A DNA stretch of 63,490 nucleotides, filler included, from Octopus bimaculoides (GCF_001194135.2; 7 parts of 6 records of this genome joined end to end with filler, not necessarily neighbours in it), one strand, 5' to 3'; shown: positions 50,236-62,503, counted from the first letter of the whole stretch. Notes: generated by a model not told the origin, from the letters alone. Made by a program: numbers and translations.

Positions 50236-52014
50236 GTTTTGTTATGTTTGTGTTTCCGTTCCGTCGTGCTATCAGCAATGTTTGGACCAAAACAGTAATC
50301 AGTTTGAAAACAGGGTGTTCATAGAAATATTAAATTCTGTCTGTGGATTGTATTAATGTTTGAAAATAAAATGTGTTTTAATGACAGCTGATTTTTTAAT
50401 CATTTGATGTGCATATGCAATTTTCTGGACATCCTGTATATATCTCAAAATATGAATTATATAGAAGATAACAACAAGAGCGATGACAACGACGACGACA
50501 ACAACAACAACAATAATAACAACAATAACAACAACAACAAGGAGAGAAAGAAGAAAGAAGAAAGTTTTCATAAGCAAATTCCCTAATATTGTTATTAATT
50601 CTGTGAAACGAAATTGGAAAAAAATGTACGTGACGTTTTAAGCTGAACTGCCTCACACCATCTTACACGCTTATGTGCGTGTATACACACACTCACACAC
50701 ATATATTTATATATATATATGTGTGTATATATGAATATATATATATATATGTACACACACACATATACACATACATGCACGCACGCACACACATAAGAGG
50801 ACGTTTTAACAAAAGTGATTTGTGTACTTGAGAGTTCCTGTGTCATTTGTTAACGCATAGATTAACAGATTATAGTTATTTTTTTTTGTCTTCATTAATC
50901 TGGTATTTTGCTAATCATGCAAAAAATTGTTTGTGGACCAAAAAACCTATCATTCCCCCCTAAGTACATACGTGTAAACATGTACGTGTACACATATAAG
51001 TATATCTAAGTGTATATATATATAGGTGTACGCATATAAGTATATCTGTTGCCATACCTGTGTGTGTGTTTGCGTGCATATATGTGAGTATATGTTTTCA
51101 AACGTATTTGTATGATTATCGGAATCTGTGTGCGTTCATTGTTCATTGTCTCTTGCCTCACTGCTGTACCGAGCAAGTAATAATGCTTTTGGACAGGAAT
51201 CAATTTTCATGGATCATCTGTTAGCCTTATCAGATTGCTTACGGTTCCAGTAATCACTTTATATTATTAATTTGTTCTTTAAATACCACTTAATCTAAAA
51301 GTGTTTCATTAAATCATTATTTCGGTCTTGAGATTAATTAGGGAAACGTGTTATTTTCCTCCGCATATTGCCTCTGTTTTATTTTTATCATGGCAGCTTT
51401 GGTCTTTAACCTTCTGGTAGTTGACGAAAATTTAGAGATTTGGGTGATGACTGTAATATAGATGGTGGTGGTAGTGGTGATGGATTTCAGAAAATTAATA
51501 TGATAAACAACTCCGGCTGATAACGAGAATGATGACATTCATTGTAAATACGATGACATTGACTACGATGACGGTAATGATGATGACGTCGTCGAAAACT
51601 ACCGCCATTAAAGCTTGCTAATGTGTGTGTGTGTGTATGTGTCTGTGTTTTGATGTCCAATGTATAGTAAGATTACATTTCTGAACCGCAGTTTCGTTCA
51701 TTCGACTTTTGAGAGATTTTAATGAAAAAAAGTCATCAAAAATATACTTATAGTCATCAGTGAAATGATTGCCAATGGTATAAAATAGGATTCCTTCAAT
51801 TTTCCGAGAGTTCACATGATTGCTGAAGTTACAAGTCATATATTTACTCACGAGGAGAGATTTCTTTGAAATTAAGAAGAAAATATATATCGACCGGTCA
51901 AAATCAGTACACTTCTTTCGTTTAGGGCTTAAATATCATAAAGTGTTTCTCTATAAGACAGAAGTCATAGAACGTTGATCATTTTGTAAATGCTGATGCC
52001 TTTTCTAACACTGC

Positions 52015-52375
52015 GTATACAGACATGGCTGTGGACTTAAGAAGCTCATTTTACAACCGCGTGGTTTCGGGTTCAGTCCGGTAGTGCATTATCTTGGACA
52101 TGCGATGTTAACGATAATCACGTGTCGACAAATGCCTTACGAGTGAATTAGACAATCAGAAACCGTGCGGGAACCAGTCATATATGTGTGTGTCTTTTTG
52201 CCTGTGTTTGTCATATCCTATCGCTTGGCAACCGATGATGGTGTGTTTACGTCGCCGTAACTTAGAGGTTCGGCCTAAGAGACCGATAGGATAAGTAATC
52301 TCGGTCGATTTCTTCGACTAAAGGCAGTGCTCCAGCATGGCTGCAGTCAAACGACTAAAACAAGTACATGAATGC
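52015..52375 (+). mobile_element. SINE family C, full length
   Basis: Seen: head TGGCTGTGG...GGGTTCAGTCC; tail GCTCCAGCATGGCTGCAGTCAAACGACTAAAACAAG. Confidence 0.8.
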
Positions 52376-52619
52376 ATACATTCTAAATTTCTACGTTGTT
52401 GTTCTTGTTGTTGATGATATACACCTTCAGTCTCTTTAAAACCTGGGACTGATGCGGGTGTTTAAGATCTTTAAATGCAGTGCCCTAGTATAACAGCAGT
52501 CTAATGACCAATGTCTGTAAAGGAATAAAAGAAAAGAAAAATATCGTTGATCAAGCAATGTGTCTGATTGTTTTGACCCCACCCCCACCCCCTTCCAGGT
52601 GCTCAGGATATCGTCGTCT

Positions 52620-53260
52620 GCTTCGTTCATTTATCTTAAAGCGTTTGAACCTGTTGATCGCATACATGAAACGGATGTTTTCACCGGTCAGATGCAGATA
52701 TGATACAGTACTATCGTAGAGCGCCGACGTATAACAATGGTTAACATCAGAGAGCAGACTGTTCTATCACCTATTTGAAATCATGAACAGTAACACTAAT
52801 TTTAATGAGATGGTATTGGCGTTAATAGATGCAGGTAGCTTGGGAAGGTCTTATCATCGGTTGCATAAGCATGGTATGATACAAAAGACTAAGATGAATA
52901 TCTAAAAAGTGGTGATTGTACTTCCAATATTTGTACACGTGATGGCAACTCGTACACTACACAGGGGATAAATTAGAGTTCAAGAAGGCTTTCGTATGCA
53001 CTGTCTGTGTACCATCTGTAGAATTTCATTACGAGATAAGATTGGTAGCAATAAAATCCTTGCCTAGTGCAAACTTGGTGAAACAAAACTTTCCTAATCA
53101 AATCACAGTCCTAATGGATTGACCAGGATGTTGTTGATACGTAACGCAAGTCGGTCTTGATTGTACTTATCAGTTAACGAAAGCGTTCCTGTAGTGACAA
53201 TCCCGTATACGACGAGGAGATCATTGAAAACAAAGATAAAACAGCATACATTACGAGGTG
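52620..53260 (+). mobile_element. Old RTE LINE 3' fragment
   Basis: Seen: YHRLHK...TKMNI*KVVIVLPIF...FRMHCLCTICRISLRDKI...KIL, with many stops. Confidence 0.65.
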
Positions 53261-53372
53261 TAGATTCATGGTGTTACATCTATACGTGTTTCTTTTCTTT
53301 ATCATAAAAATTTCTCCTTAATGCTTCTGTATTTCGTTTTCTAAATAGGTGTAAAGTGTGTGTGCGCGCATG

Positions 53373-53415
<43 letters not shown>

Positions 53416-53439
53416 TGTGCGCGTGTGTAGTTACTCTCT

Positions 53440-53725
53440 CTTTTACTCTTTTACTTGTTTCAGTCATTTGACTGCGGCCATGCTGGAGCACCGCCTTTAG
53501 TCGAGCAAATCGACCCCAGGACTTATTCTTTGGATGTCTAGTACTTATTCTATCGGTCCCTTTTGCCGAACCGCTAAGTTACGGGGACATATACACACCA
53601 GCATCGGTGGTCAAGCGATGTTGGAAGGACAAACACAGACACACAAACATATACACACACATAAACATATATATATACATATATACGACGGGCTTCTTTC
53701 AGTTTTCGCCTACGAAATCCACTCA
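53440..53725 (-). mobile_element. SINE family C, 5'-truncated
   Basis: Seen: near-identical to 33815-34140. Confidence 0.85.
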
Positions 53726-54170
53726 CGATGTCGTGCTGCTACTGTTTACATCTCACTCAGAGATTTATTATTGTTAGTTTTATCAGGATTTAGCAAATAG
53801 CAGTGGGTGACCACATAGCTTTCGTTTGATGCAGTTTCTTTGGTTTGGGAGAAATTGCTTGCTTGCTTGACTTTGGTCCAATCGCTCTGCAGAAAATCGT
53901 TTGTTGTTGTATAGATTCCACATTTTGTCACGTCCCAAAGAGATCAAGAAATGGAATGTGTTGCACGAAAGAATCAGAGAGCAGAGTTCATATCAATTGT
54001 TTTGATTTTCATTCAGCTTCTACTGCCCTTCACCTCCGACACAATCATTTATCGTACATTTTCGATAGAGACAGTACGAAATATTTCTCTAGCTGTTTCA
54101 ACATTAATAGTTAGTTGCTTTGAGTTGAAGACCTACATGAATTCACTTCTGCTTTCATTTGTAGGAAGTC

Positions 54171-54310
54171 AACGAAATAAGTATCCGAAATACATTGTGG
54201 TAGAACCAAACTTCTATTCTCGTTCCTCTGTAAAAATTGTATTTGTATTTAGTCAATACTAATCCTCATTCCTTCGATTTATATTCGTTGACTTGTACTG
54301 TACGCAGAAT
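54171..54310 (+). repeat. Diverged direct repeat of 55037-55180
   Basis: Seen: GAAATAAGT..CCGAAATACATTGTGGTA...CTGTAAAA...TTCCTTCGA shared. Confidence 0.7.
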
Positions 54311-55889
54311 TGTTCATGCCCCAAATTTTGATCTCGTGTCCCCATGTCCCTAACTATGGGAATAAAAGAGTATAGTAAAAAGAGTACAGAAAAGAATTGA
54401 CTCGACAAAGGTCAGATATTGCGAGTTCGTTGTTGATGGTGTCAGTAGTAGTAGTAGTAGTAGTGTTGGTAGTGCCGGTGGTAGTAGTGATGCGGATAAA
54501 GTTGCTGGTGTTGCTGATGGTGATGGAGTTGTTGTTTGTGGTAGTGATGGCTGTTACGATGGTGAAGTTGTTGGTTGTAAGAGTAATGGTGGTGGTCGTG
54601 CTGGTGGTGTTTCTGCTGCCCTTCAAAAACATTCGAGCCGTGACTATCCGTTCAGATAACGAATATCCAAAATTCAATAACTCAGCGTATCCAACCCCCC
54701 CACGCCACCCGCGCCCCACTACACACACCTCTTTTTTTTAAGAATGCGATATGCGATATAAGGGAGATTCGACTACTTCTATGAAGTCGAGTTACAATGT
54801 AATAAGGATTGACGGCAGAAACAACAATAACAATGACAACGTAACGGCTCACAAGTTGTCTCAAAACAGTTGTCTCAGCTGGTTATGTAACTTATAGGAC
54901 CATATCCTCTTCAAGGAGACTTGAACTACAAACTAAAAGAATCTCCTCCAAGAAATTCATGATTATTTGTATAATTATCCTGTACTGGATAGAAAGTATA
55001 TTTCCGCATTGACACGTTTTTAATTTGTCGGAAGGTAATGAAATAAGTCCCCGAAATACATTGTGGTAAAATCAATCCTCTTTTCCCTTTCATCTGTAAA
55101 ACTTGGATTTGTATCGAGCCAAAAGTAATCCATGTTCCTTCGACTTCATCTTATATTCATTAACTGTTATTGTGCACATTGTTAGTTAGAGAACTAGCAG
55201 AATCGTTAGAACAGCAGACAAAACGTTTTGTGATATTTTCTCTTTCTCTCTTCATGCTGTGAACTCAAACCCTGCTAGGGAAGGATAAATCCTTGCTATT
55301 TATCCCTCCTAGGGTACATTTTACTCAATTCACTGATCACATGTGTCAGAATTCAATAGGCTGGCATCGTACAATTACAATTCCAAGATTCACAGATGGT
55401 GTTTAAATTCCAATGAAAGAAACAGATATCAACAGAATTCAGGATGGGTTACGTACGTTACAATGTCTGCTGGTCAACAACCTGATACATGCAATGAATG
55501 AGATTATGAGGAAATAACAAAAGAGAAGCGGGAACTGTAATAAAAGTTGGAGACCGGGGAATCTAAGTGGAAAATTATAGACAGAGATAATAAGAAAACC
55601 TTTAACCAGTTGTGGGATATAAATGACTGATTTGACTAATTGGTTGATATAAGTCAGTATCATAATAATTACAGAGCACAAGGAGTCTATTCTTTAGTCA
55701 CAGTGATAAAACAATAAATAGGGGAACGGAGATGTGTAGGACTGCGTGAAAGGAAATTAAAAGGAAAGATAAGCAAATAGAACGGGAAGTAGTCATTCGT
55801 GTGGTGGGGATCGGGGACATCGGTGGCAATGAAACATATCCCATCTATGATGACTACTTCGTCACCGTCGTCATCGCCATCGCCATCGC

Positions 55890-56100
55890 CTTCTTCTTCT
55901 TCTTCTTCTTCTTCTTCTTCTTCTTCTTCTTCCTTCCTTCCTTTTCGTTCTTTATTCCTTTCTTTCTTTCTCCTTTCTTTCTTTCTTTCGTTCTTTCTTC
56001 CTTTCTTTCTTCCTTCCTTTTCGTTCTTTATTCCTTTCTTTCTTTCTCCTTTCTTTCTTTCTTTCTTTCTTTCTTCCTTTTCTTTCTTTCTTCCTTCCTT
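55890..56100. repeat. (TTC)n/(TTTC)n pyrimidine tract
   Basis: Seen directly; includes a roughly 47-nt higher-order duplication. Confidence 0.95.
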
Positions 56101-56200
56101 NNNNNNNNNNNNNNNNNNNNNNNNNNNNNNNNNNNNNNNNNNNNTTAATTAATTAANNNNNNNNNNNNNNNNNNNNNNNNNNNNNNNNNNNNNNNNNNNN
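56101..56200. other. Artificial contig linker
   Basis: Seen: TTAATTAATTAA at 56145-56156 flanked by 44 N on each side. Confidence 0.95.
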
Positions 56201-56213
56201 ATATATATATATA

Positions 56214-56413
56214 CATTATTATGATTGACCGTTGACTGAACACTATTCAATTTTTTTTCTCCGTGTTTTTCTCCTTGTCTCCGTATTCTTTCTGTTGAAG
56301 AGCGTAGCTCGAAACGTCAAAGACTTTCCGTATTCCCGAGCGTCATACTAATATATCCTTTTGTTATTTACACCACCTGTCCTCGTCTGTTGTTATTATT
56401 TGTATATTCTCCC
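56214..56413 (+). mobile_element. 200-bp repeat, Penelope pLTR-like, copy 1
   Basis: Seen: near-identical to 60551-60750, contains a hammerhead-like fold and ends in (AT)n. Penelope link is inference. Confidence 0.6.
56287..56323 (+). ncRNA. Minimal type I hammerhead-like ribozyme, variant core CUGUUGA
   Basis: Seen: stem I TCTTT/AAAGA, CTGTTGA-A, stem II GAGC-GTA-GCTC, GAAA-C-GTC. Confidence 0.55.
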
Positions 56414-58308
56414 TTATATATATACATATATATAAAGAGAGAGAGAGAGAGACAGATAGAATGAAACACTGAGAGAGGGGTACATATACAGATAGAAAAA
56501 TATATGAGTGAAAGAGAGAGGGATAGAAAGGCCTAAAGAGAGTGAAAGATAGAGAGGATTCTTATAATTAGTGGTTATATATGTCAGTGAAACTTCGGTG
56601 GTAAATCCGTTAAAAGGTGAGACAGTCCCAAATTTGGAAGTTGGGTTGAGTGGAAAGAGGAGGAGGCGGATAAATCACCAAGTTTAATAACATTTAACTG
56701 GTTTTAAACTGTTTTTTTAAACCTGCTCCGAAGACTGGTAAACAGTTATACACAGGAACTTATTTCGCAAACATTTAAGGGTAAGGGTCTGATAGTAGTT
56801 AGTTAAAGAATTTCTGCGTTGGGTCCCTGTAATATGTTCTTCTTCTCTATCTCTCTCTCTCTCTCTNNNNNNNNNNNNNNNNNNNNNNNNNNNNNNNNNN
56901 NNNNNNNNNNNNNNNNNNNNNNNNNNNNNNNNNNNNNNNNNNNNNNNNNNNNNNNNNNNNNNNNNNNNNNNNNNNNNNNNNNNNNNNNNNNNNNNNNNNN
57001 NNNNNNNNNNNNNNNNNNNNNNNNNNNNNNNNNNNNNNNNNNNNNNNNNNNNNNNNNNNNNNNNNNNNNNNNNNNNNNNNNNNNNNNNNNNNNNNNNNNN
57101 NNNNNNNNNNNNNNNNNNNNNNNNNNNNNNNNNNNNNNNNNNNNNNNNNNNNNNNNNNNNNNNNNNNNNNNNNNNNNNNNNNNNNNNNNNNNNNNNNNNN
57201 NNNNNNNNNNNNNNNNNNNNNNNNNNNNNNNNNNNNNNNNNNNNNNNNNNNNNNNNNNNNNNNNNNNNNNNNNNNNNNNNNNNNNNNNNNNNNNNNNNNN
57301 NNNNNNNNNNNNNNNNNNNNNNNNNNNNNNNNNNNNNNNNNNNNNNNNNNNNNNNNNNNNNNNNNNNNNNNNNNNNNNNNNNNNNNNNNNNNNNNNNNNN
57401 NNNNNNNNNNNNNNNNNNNNNNNNNNNNNNNNNNNNNNNNNNNNNNNNNNNNNNNNNNNNNNNNNNNNNNNNNNNNNNNNNNNNNNNNNNNNNNNNNNNN
57501 NNNNNNNNNNNNNNNNNNNNNNNNNNNNNNNNNNNNNNNNNNNNNNNNNNNNNNNNNNNNNNNNNNNNNNNNNNNNNNNNNNNNNNNNNNNNNNNNNNNN
57601 NNNNNNNNNNNNNNNNNNNNNNNNNNNNNNNNNNNNNNNNNNNNNNNNNNNNNNNNNNNNNNNNNNNNNNNNNNNNNNNNNNNNNNNNNNNNNNNNNNNN
57701 CATTACCACCACCACCAAACCACCACCACCACCACCACCACCACCAACACGATTGTGCATGACGAGTAGGCAGGGTGTGTCCCAGATTCTGCGCCAATGT
57801 TTATGTTGAACCATATGAAACCATGCCGCCAGTTATGGTGACACAGTTCTACAGATGGATTAAATAACCCCCCACCACCACCAACCACCACCTCTGTCAT
57901 AACAATTACTACATCCCCTATGAAAGATGTTACCCTCCCTACTGCACACATACGACCACAACCACCAACAACAACACTCCGAGAACAACCTCGTTTATGC
58001 GCATGTGTAACTTTAGATCTGAATGTGTGTGTATGTGTGTGTGTGTCTGTGTATAAGGAAGGGCAGAGACCTCCTTCGGTCATTATGGGATTGCACCAGA
58101 AAGAGGTGGGTAAGGTTGTTTATGAAAGACCAGAAGTTGCCCATGTACACCAACCTCCCGTCTCCACGTCACTGATGTTATCCAAGGGAAAGGCAAAGGG
58201 GCCGATACAGCTTGGCACCAGTGACATAACAGCCGATTTCTACAGCTGAGTGAACTGGAGCAATGTGAAATAAAGTGTCTTGCTCAAGAACACAGCACAA
58301 CATAACCC

Positions 58309-58368
58309 ATGGGCATATGGCGTAGTGGTTAAGAGCACGGGCTACTAACCCCAAGATTCCGAGTTCCA

Positions 58369-58405
<37 letters not shown>

Positions 58406-58577
58406 CCTTAGGAATGCGAACCCAGGTTCGAAATTTCCCCAAGACACCTGATGAAGGCTGGAGGGTATATCAGCCGAAACGTTGTGTTAACAACAAACAA
58501 GATGAGGACAAATATCCGTCAAATGTAAATAATGTAAATATTGTACATAATTCCTCATCTCTCAAATATAGAACTGT
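58309..58577 (+). mobile_element. tRNA-headed SINE carrying a hammerhead ribozyme
   Basis: Seen: A box TGGCGTAGTGG (58318), truncated B box GAGTTC, (AAT)n, hammerhead; flanked by ACAA(C/T)ATAACCC at 58297-58308 and 58578-58589. Confidence 0.82.
58443..58488 (+). ncRNA. Minimal type I hammerhead ribozyme, canonical core
   Basis: Seen: stem I GACAC/GTGTT, CTGATGA-A, stem II GGCTG-(10 nt)-CAGCC, GAAA-C-GTT (NUH = GUU). Stem III is the palindrome AACGTT. Confidence 0.72.
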
Positions 58578-58684
58578 ACAATATAACCCGGTTGGGGAAT
58601 CGAACTCACTACCTCATGATTGAGCCCGATGCTCTAAACACTGCGTCATGCACCTTCATGTACATACATATTGATTTCACACTT

Positions 58685-59290
58685 TTGGCACAAGGCCAAC
58701 AATTTCGGGGTAGGTGGTAATTTGATTACTCCAACCCCAATGCTCAACAGGTATTTTATTTTATCGAACCCTAGAAGATTAAACGCAAAGTCGACCTCGG
58801 CGGAATTTGAACTCAGAACATAAACACGGACGAAATACCGCTAAGCATCTTGTCCGACGTACTAGCGATTCTGCCAGCTCACCGCCATGCACAAGACCCG
58901 AAACTGGGGTGGGGAGGCAGTCGATTAGCTCGACTCTAGTACGCAACTGGTACTTAATTTATCGACCGCGAAAAGATGAAAGGTAAAGTGGGCCTCGGCG
59001 GAATTTGAACTCAGAACGTAACGGCAGACGAAATACCGCTAAGCATCCTAATGTTTCTTATTTCTTTATTGCCCACAAGGAGCTACACACAGAGGAGACA
59101 AACAAGGACAGACAAACGGATTAAGTCAATTATATCGACCCCAGTGCGTAACTGGTACTTATTTAATCGACCCTGAAAGGATGAAAGGCAAAGTCGGCCT
59201 CGGCGGAATTTGAACTCAGAACGTAGCGGCAGACGAAATACCGCTAAGCATTTCGCCCGGCGTGCTAGCGTTTCTGCCAGCTCGCCGCCT
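58685..59290 (-). mobile_element. Trimeric array of SINE family B
   Basis: Seen: CTCGGCGGAATTTGAACTCAGAAC at about 58796, 58994 and 59199. Confidence 0.88.
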
Positions 59291-60184
59291 TATTCCTTAC
59301 TGTATATTGCAACAATACGTAGTACCTAAATGCAGCTAGATAGACTGAGCTGTGATTTATTAGATGTCACGGCCAAAGACACAACAGAAGGATGCTTCAA
59401 ACTGGAAACCCGAGTTCCCATCACTTGGTCCATTGACGTATCGCTTGACTTGAGCAGTTCGCGGTCCAAGGGAAATCACTCTAAAATGTTTAACGAACAG
59501 AAATGGATGCCTGTTGTCCTATACTTGTTTCAGTCAAATGGACTGCGGCCACGCTGGGGCACCGTATTGAGGGAGTAGGGTCGAATGAATAGCTTGTGCA
59601 TATTCTATCGGTGTTTTATGCCGAGCTGCCAAATTACCAGGATCTAAACAAATCAGCATCGATTATGAAGCGGTGGTGGGGAACAAACACAAACACAAAT
59701 ATATACATACATACATACATACATACATGCGTGCATACACACATTTATATAACTCATCTTCCTGTATGTTCCTTTGGAACTATTCAGCACACACCCTCAT
59801 ATATATGTAGACATACACAAATATACAATTTTCTAAGATACTACCCCCCCCCCACACACACACAGACACAGGCACACACGAAGGCACAAATACACGTAAC
59901 GCAATTTGTAGAGTAAAAAATTTCTCGCAATACCATTCTATTGAAATCCTATATAATCATTTCTGTCATAAAGAAGTCACTTGTTATTTAAAAAGTTTAG
60001 AGTAATCTCCCTTGGATAAATATATCTATCTATACTATATGTACCAAAGTAAGCACATAAATGTGAAAGAAGGTGGGAGAAAAAATAGTACTCGATTACC
60101 GGAGGCAGAGCAATATGCATTATTATTATTAAAGCTGCAAAAACATCACAAAAATATCACAGAAAACTGCTACTCAGAGTTTCA

Positions 60185-60431
60185 TGACCCAGGCGGAATT
60201 TGAACTCAGAACGTAACGGCAGACGAAATACCGCTGAGCATTTTGCCCGGCGTTCCAACGTTTCTTATTTCTTTACTGCCCACAAGGGGCCACAATTTAT
60301 CAACTCTGAAAGGATGAAAGGCAATGTCGACCTTGGGGGAATTTGAACTCAGAACGTAAAGGCAGACAGCTAAGCATTTCGTCCGGGCGTGCCAACGTTT
60401 CTTATTTCTTTACTGCCCACAAGGGGCCACA
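60185..60431 (-). mobile_element. Tandem SINE family B fragments, cut by the linker
   Basis: Seen: GGAATTTGAACTCAGAACGTAA twice and TTTCTTATTTCTTTACTGCCCACAAGGGGCCAC twice. Confidence 0.85.
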
Positions 60432-60531
60432 NNNNNNNNNNNNNNNNNNNNNNNNNNNNNNNNNNNNNNNNNNNNTTAATTAATTAANNNNNNNNNNNNN
60501 NNNNNNNNNNNNNNNNNNNNNNNNNNNNNNN
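60432..60531. other. Artificial contig linker
   Basis: Seen: TTAATTAATTAA at 60476-60487 flanked by 44 N on each side. Confidence 0.95.
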
Positions 60532-60550
60532 AGTCATTGTTATGATCGGC

Positions 60551-60750
60551 CATTATTATGATTGACCGTTGACTGAACACTATTCAATTTTTTTTCTCCG
60601 TGTTTTTCTCCTTGTCTCCGTATTCTTTCTGTTGAAGAGCGTAGCTCGAAACGTCAAAGACTTTCCGTATTCCCGAGCGTCATACTAATATATACTTTTG
60701 TTATTTACACCACCTGTCCTCGTCTGTTGTTATTTTTTGTATATTCTCCC
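60551..60750 (+). mobile_element. 200-bp repeat, Penelope pLTR-like, copy 2
   Basis: Seen: near-identical to 56214-56413. Confidence 0.6.
60624..60660 (+). ncRNA. Minimal type I hammerhead-like ribozyme, variant core CUGUUGA (copy 2)
   Basis: Seen: identical 37-mer to 56287-56323. Confidence 0.55.
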
Positions 60751-60959
60751 ATATATATATATATATATATATACACACGTATATACATATATACATACGT
60801 ATGTATGCATACGTTTATATGTGTGTGCATGTATTTGTGTGTGTGTGTGTGTATATATATAATTTATCTGTGTATATGTATGTATGAATGTATGTATGTA
60901 TGTTTGTATGTATGTATGTATGTTCGCAAGTATGTATATATGTATGTAAGTATGTATCT

Positions 60960-61355
60960 CCTATCTTTGTCTTGCTTCAATCATTGAACTGCGGCCAAGC
61001 TTGGGCACGGCCTTGAACGGTTTTAGTCGAGTAAATCGACCCCAGTAAATATGTTTTAAATCCTTTTCTCTGTCGCTCACATTTGCTACACCGCTAGGTT
61101 ACGATGATGTAACAAAAACTGATTTGTGAAATGGGCAGGGGGGGGGGACAACACAAACACAAACACACACATACACACACGTACGCAGGTACACACACAC
61201 ACACACACAAACACACACGTACGCACGTACACACACAGAGTCATACACGCAGACACATATGACGGTCTTCCTCACAGTTTCCATCTACTAAGTTTACTCA
61301 CAAGGTAGTGGTCAGACTGGGTCTATAGTAGAAGACACTTGCTGTATGTGCCACG
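60960..61355 (-). mobile_element. SINE family C, diverged
   Basis: Seen: TTGCTTCAATCATTGAACTGCGGCCAAGC...CAGTTTCCATCTACTAAGTTTACTCACAAGG...GAAGACACTTG. Confidence 0.75.
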
Positions 61356-62443
61356 CTTAGATATATATATATTTCCTGAACTCGCTAGCCGATGAATTCG
61401 TAAGTGCCTTTCTTATCGTTGGTTTTTGGTGTCGCATGGCCAAAGATTACCATGAATTTTTTTTAGAGACGCTTTCAAATTTATCAGAATATTGGGCTGA
61501 AGATTTGGAATAGAGTAATTTCATTCTCTTAACCATGAAACGATCGTATCCAATTAACTAAAGGCAGGTTTGTTTTGTTTGTGCTTTTCCTTCCGGTTTT
61601 TTGTTCTATGTGTGCCATAAATATCGCCATCCGTTTTAGAGAAAAATTTGTAGTTTAGAATCAGTAGTTCTTTGACTGCTATTTCTAAATTTTCAGTATG
61701 TTGGAGAAGCAGCTCAATGCTAATCCCTGTATNNNNNNNNNNNNNNNNNNNNNNNNNNNNNNNNNNNNNNNNNNNNNNNNNNNNNNNNNNNNNNNNNNNN
61801 NNNNNNNNNNNNNNNNNNNNNNNNNNNNNNNNNNNNNNNNNNNNNNNNNNNNNNNNNNNNNNNNNNNNNNNNNNNNNNNNNNNNNNNNNNNNNNNNNNNN
61901 NNNNNNNNNNNNNNNNNNNNNNNNNNNNNNNNNNNNNNNNNNNNNNNNNNNNNNNNNNNNNNNNNNNNNNNNNNNNNNNNNNNNNNNNNNNNNNNNNNNN
62001 NNNNNNNNNNNNNNNNNNNNNNNNNNNNNNNNNNNNNNNNNNNNNNNNNNNNNNNNNNNNNNNNNNNNNNNNNNNNNNNNNNNNNNNNNNNNNNNNNNNN
62101 NNNNNNNNNNNNNNNNNNNNNNNNNNNNNNNNNNNNNNNNNNNNNNNNNNNNNNNNNNNNNNNNNNNNNNNNNNNNNNNNNNNNNNNNNNNNNNNNNNNN
62201 NNNNNNNNNNNNNNNNNNNNNNNNNNNNNNNNNNNNNNNNNNNNNNNNNNNNNNNNNNNNNNNNNNNNNNNNNNNNNNNNNNNNNNNNNNNNNNNNNNNN
62301 NNNNNNNNNNNNNNNNNNNNNNNNNNNNNNNNNNNNNNNNNNNNNNNNNNNNNNNNNNNNNNNNNNNNNNNNNNNNNNNNNNNNNNNNNNNNNNNNNNNN
62401 NNNNNNNNNNNNNNNNNNNNNNNNNNNNNNNNNNNNNNNNNNN

Positions 62444-62503
<60 letters not shown>

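Larger units (their letters stand above)
58045..58660 (-). mobile_element. SINE family A, split by the insertion at 58309-58577
   Basis: Seen: body 58045-58308 and head 58578-58660 rejoin as CACAAC(A)TAACCCGGTTGGGGAATCGAACTC. Confidence 0.8.

Noticed and set aside
53951-54262. Hydrophobic ORF as a GPCR TM6-TM7 fragment
   Set aside because: It lacks CWxP/NPxxY-like motifs and overlaps a local duplication.
58685-59290. CRISPR-like repeat-spacer array
   Set aside because: The units are long SINE monomers without unique spacers, in a eukaryotic context.
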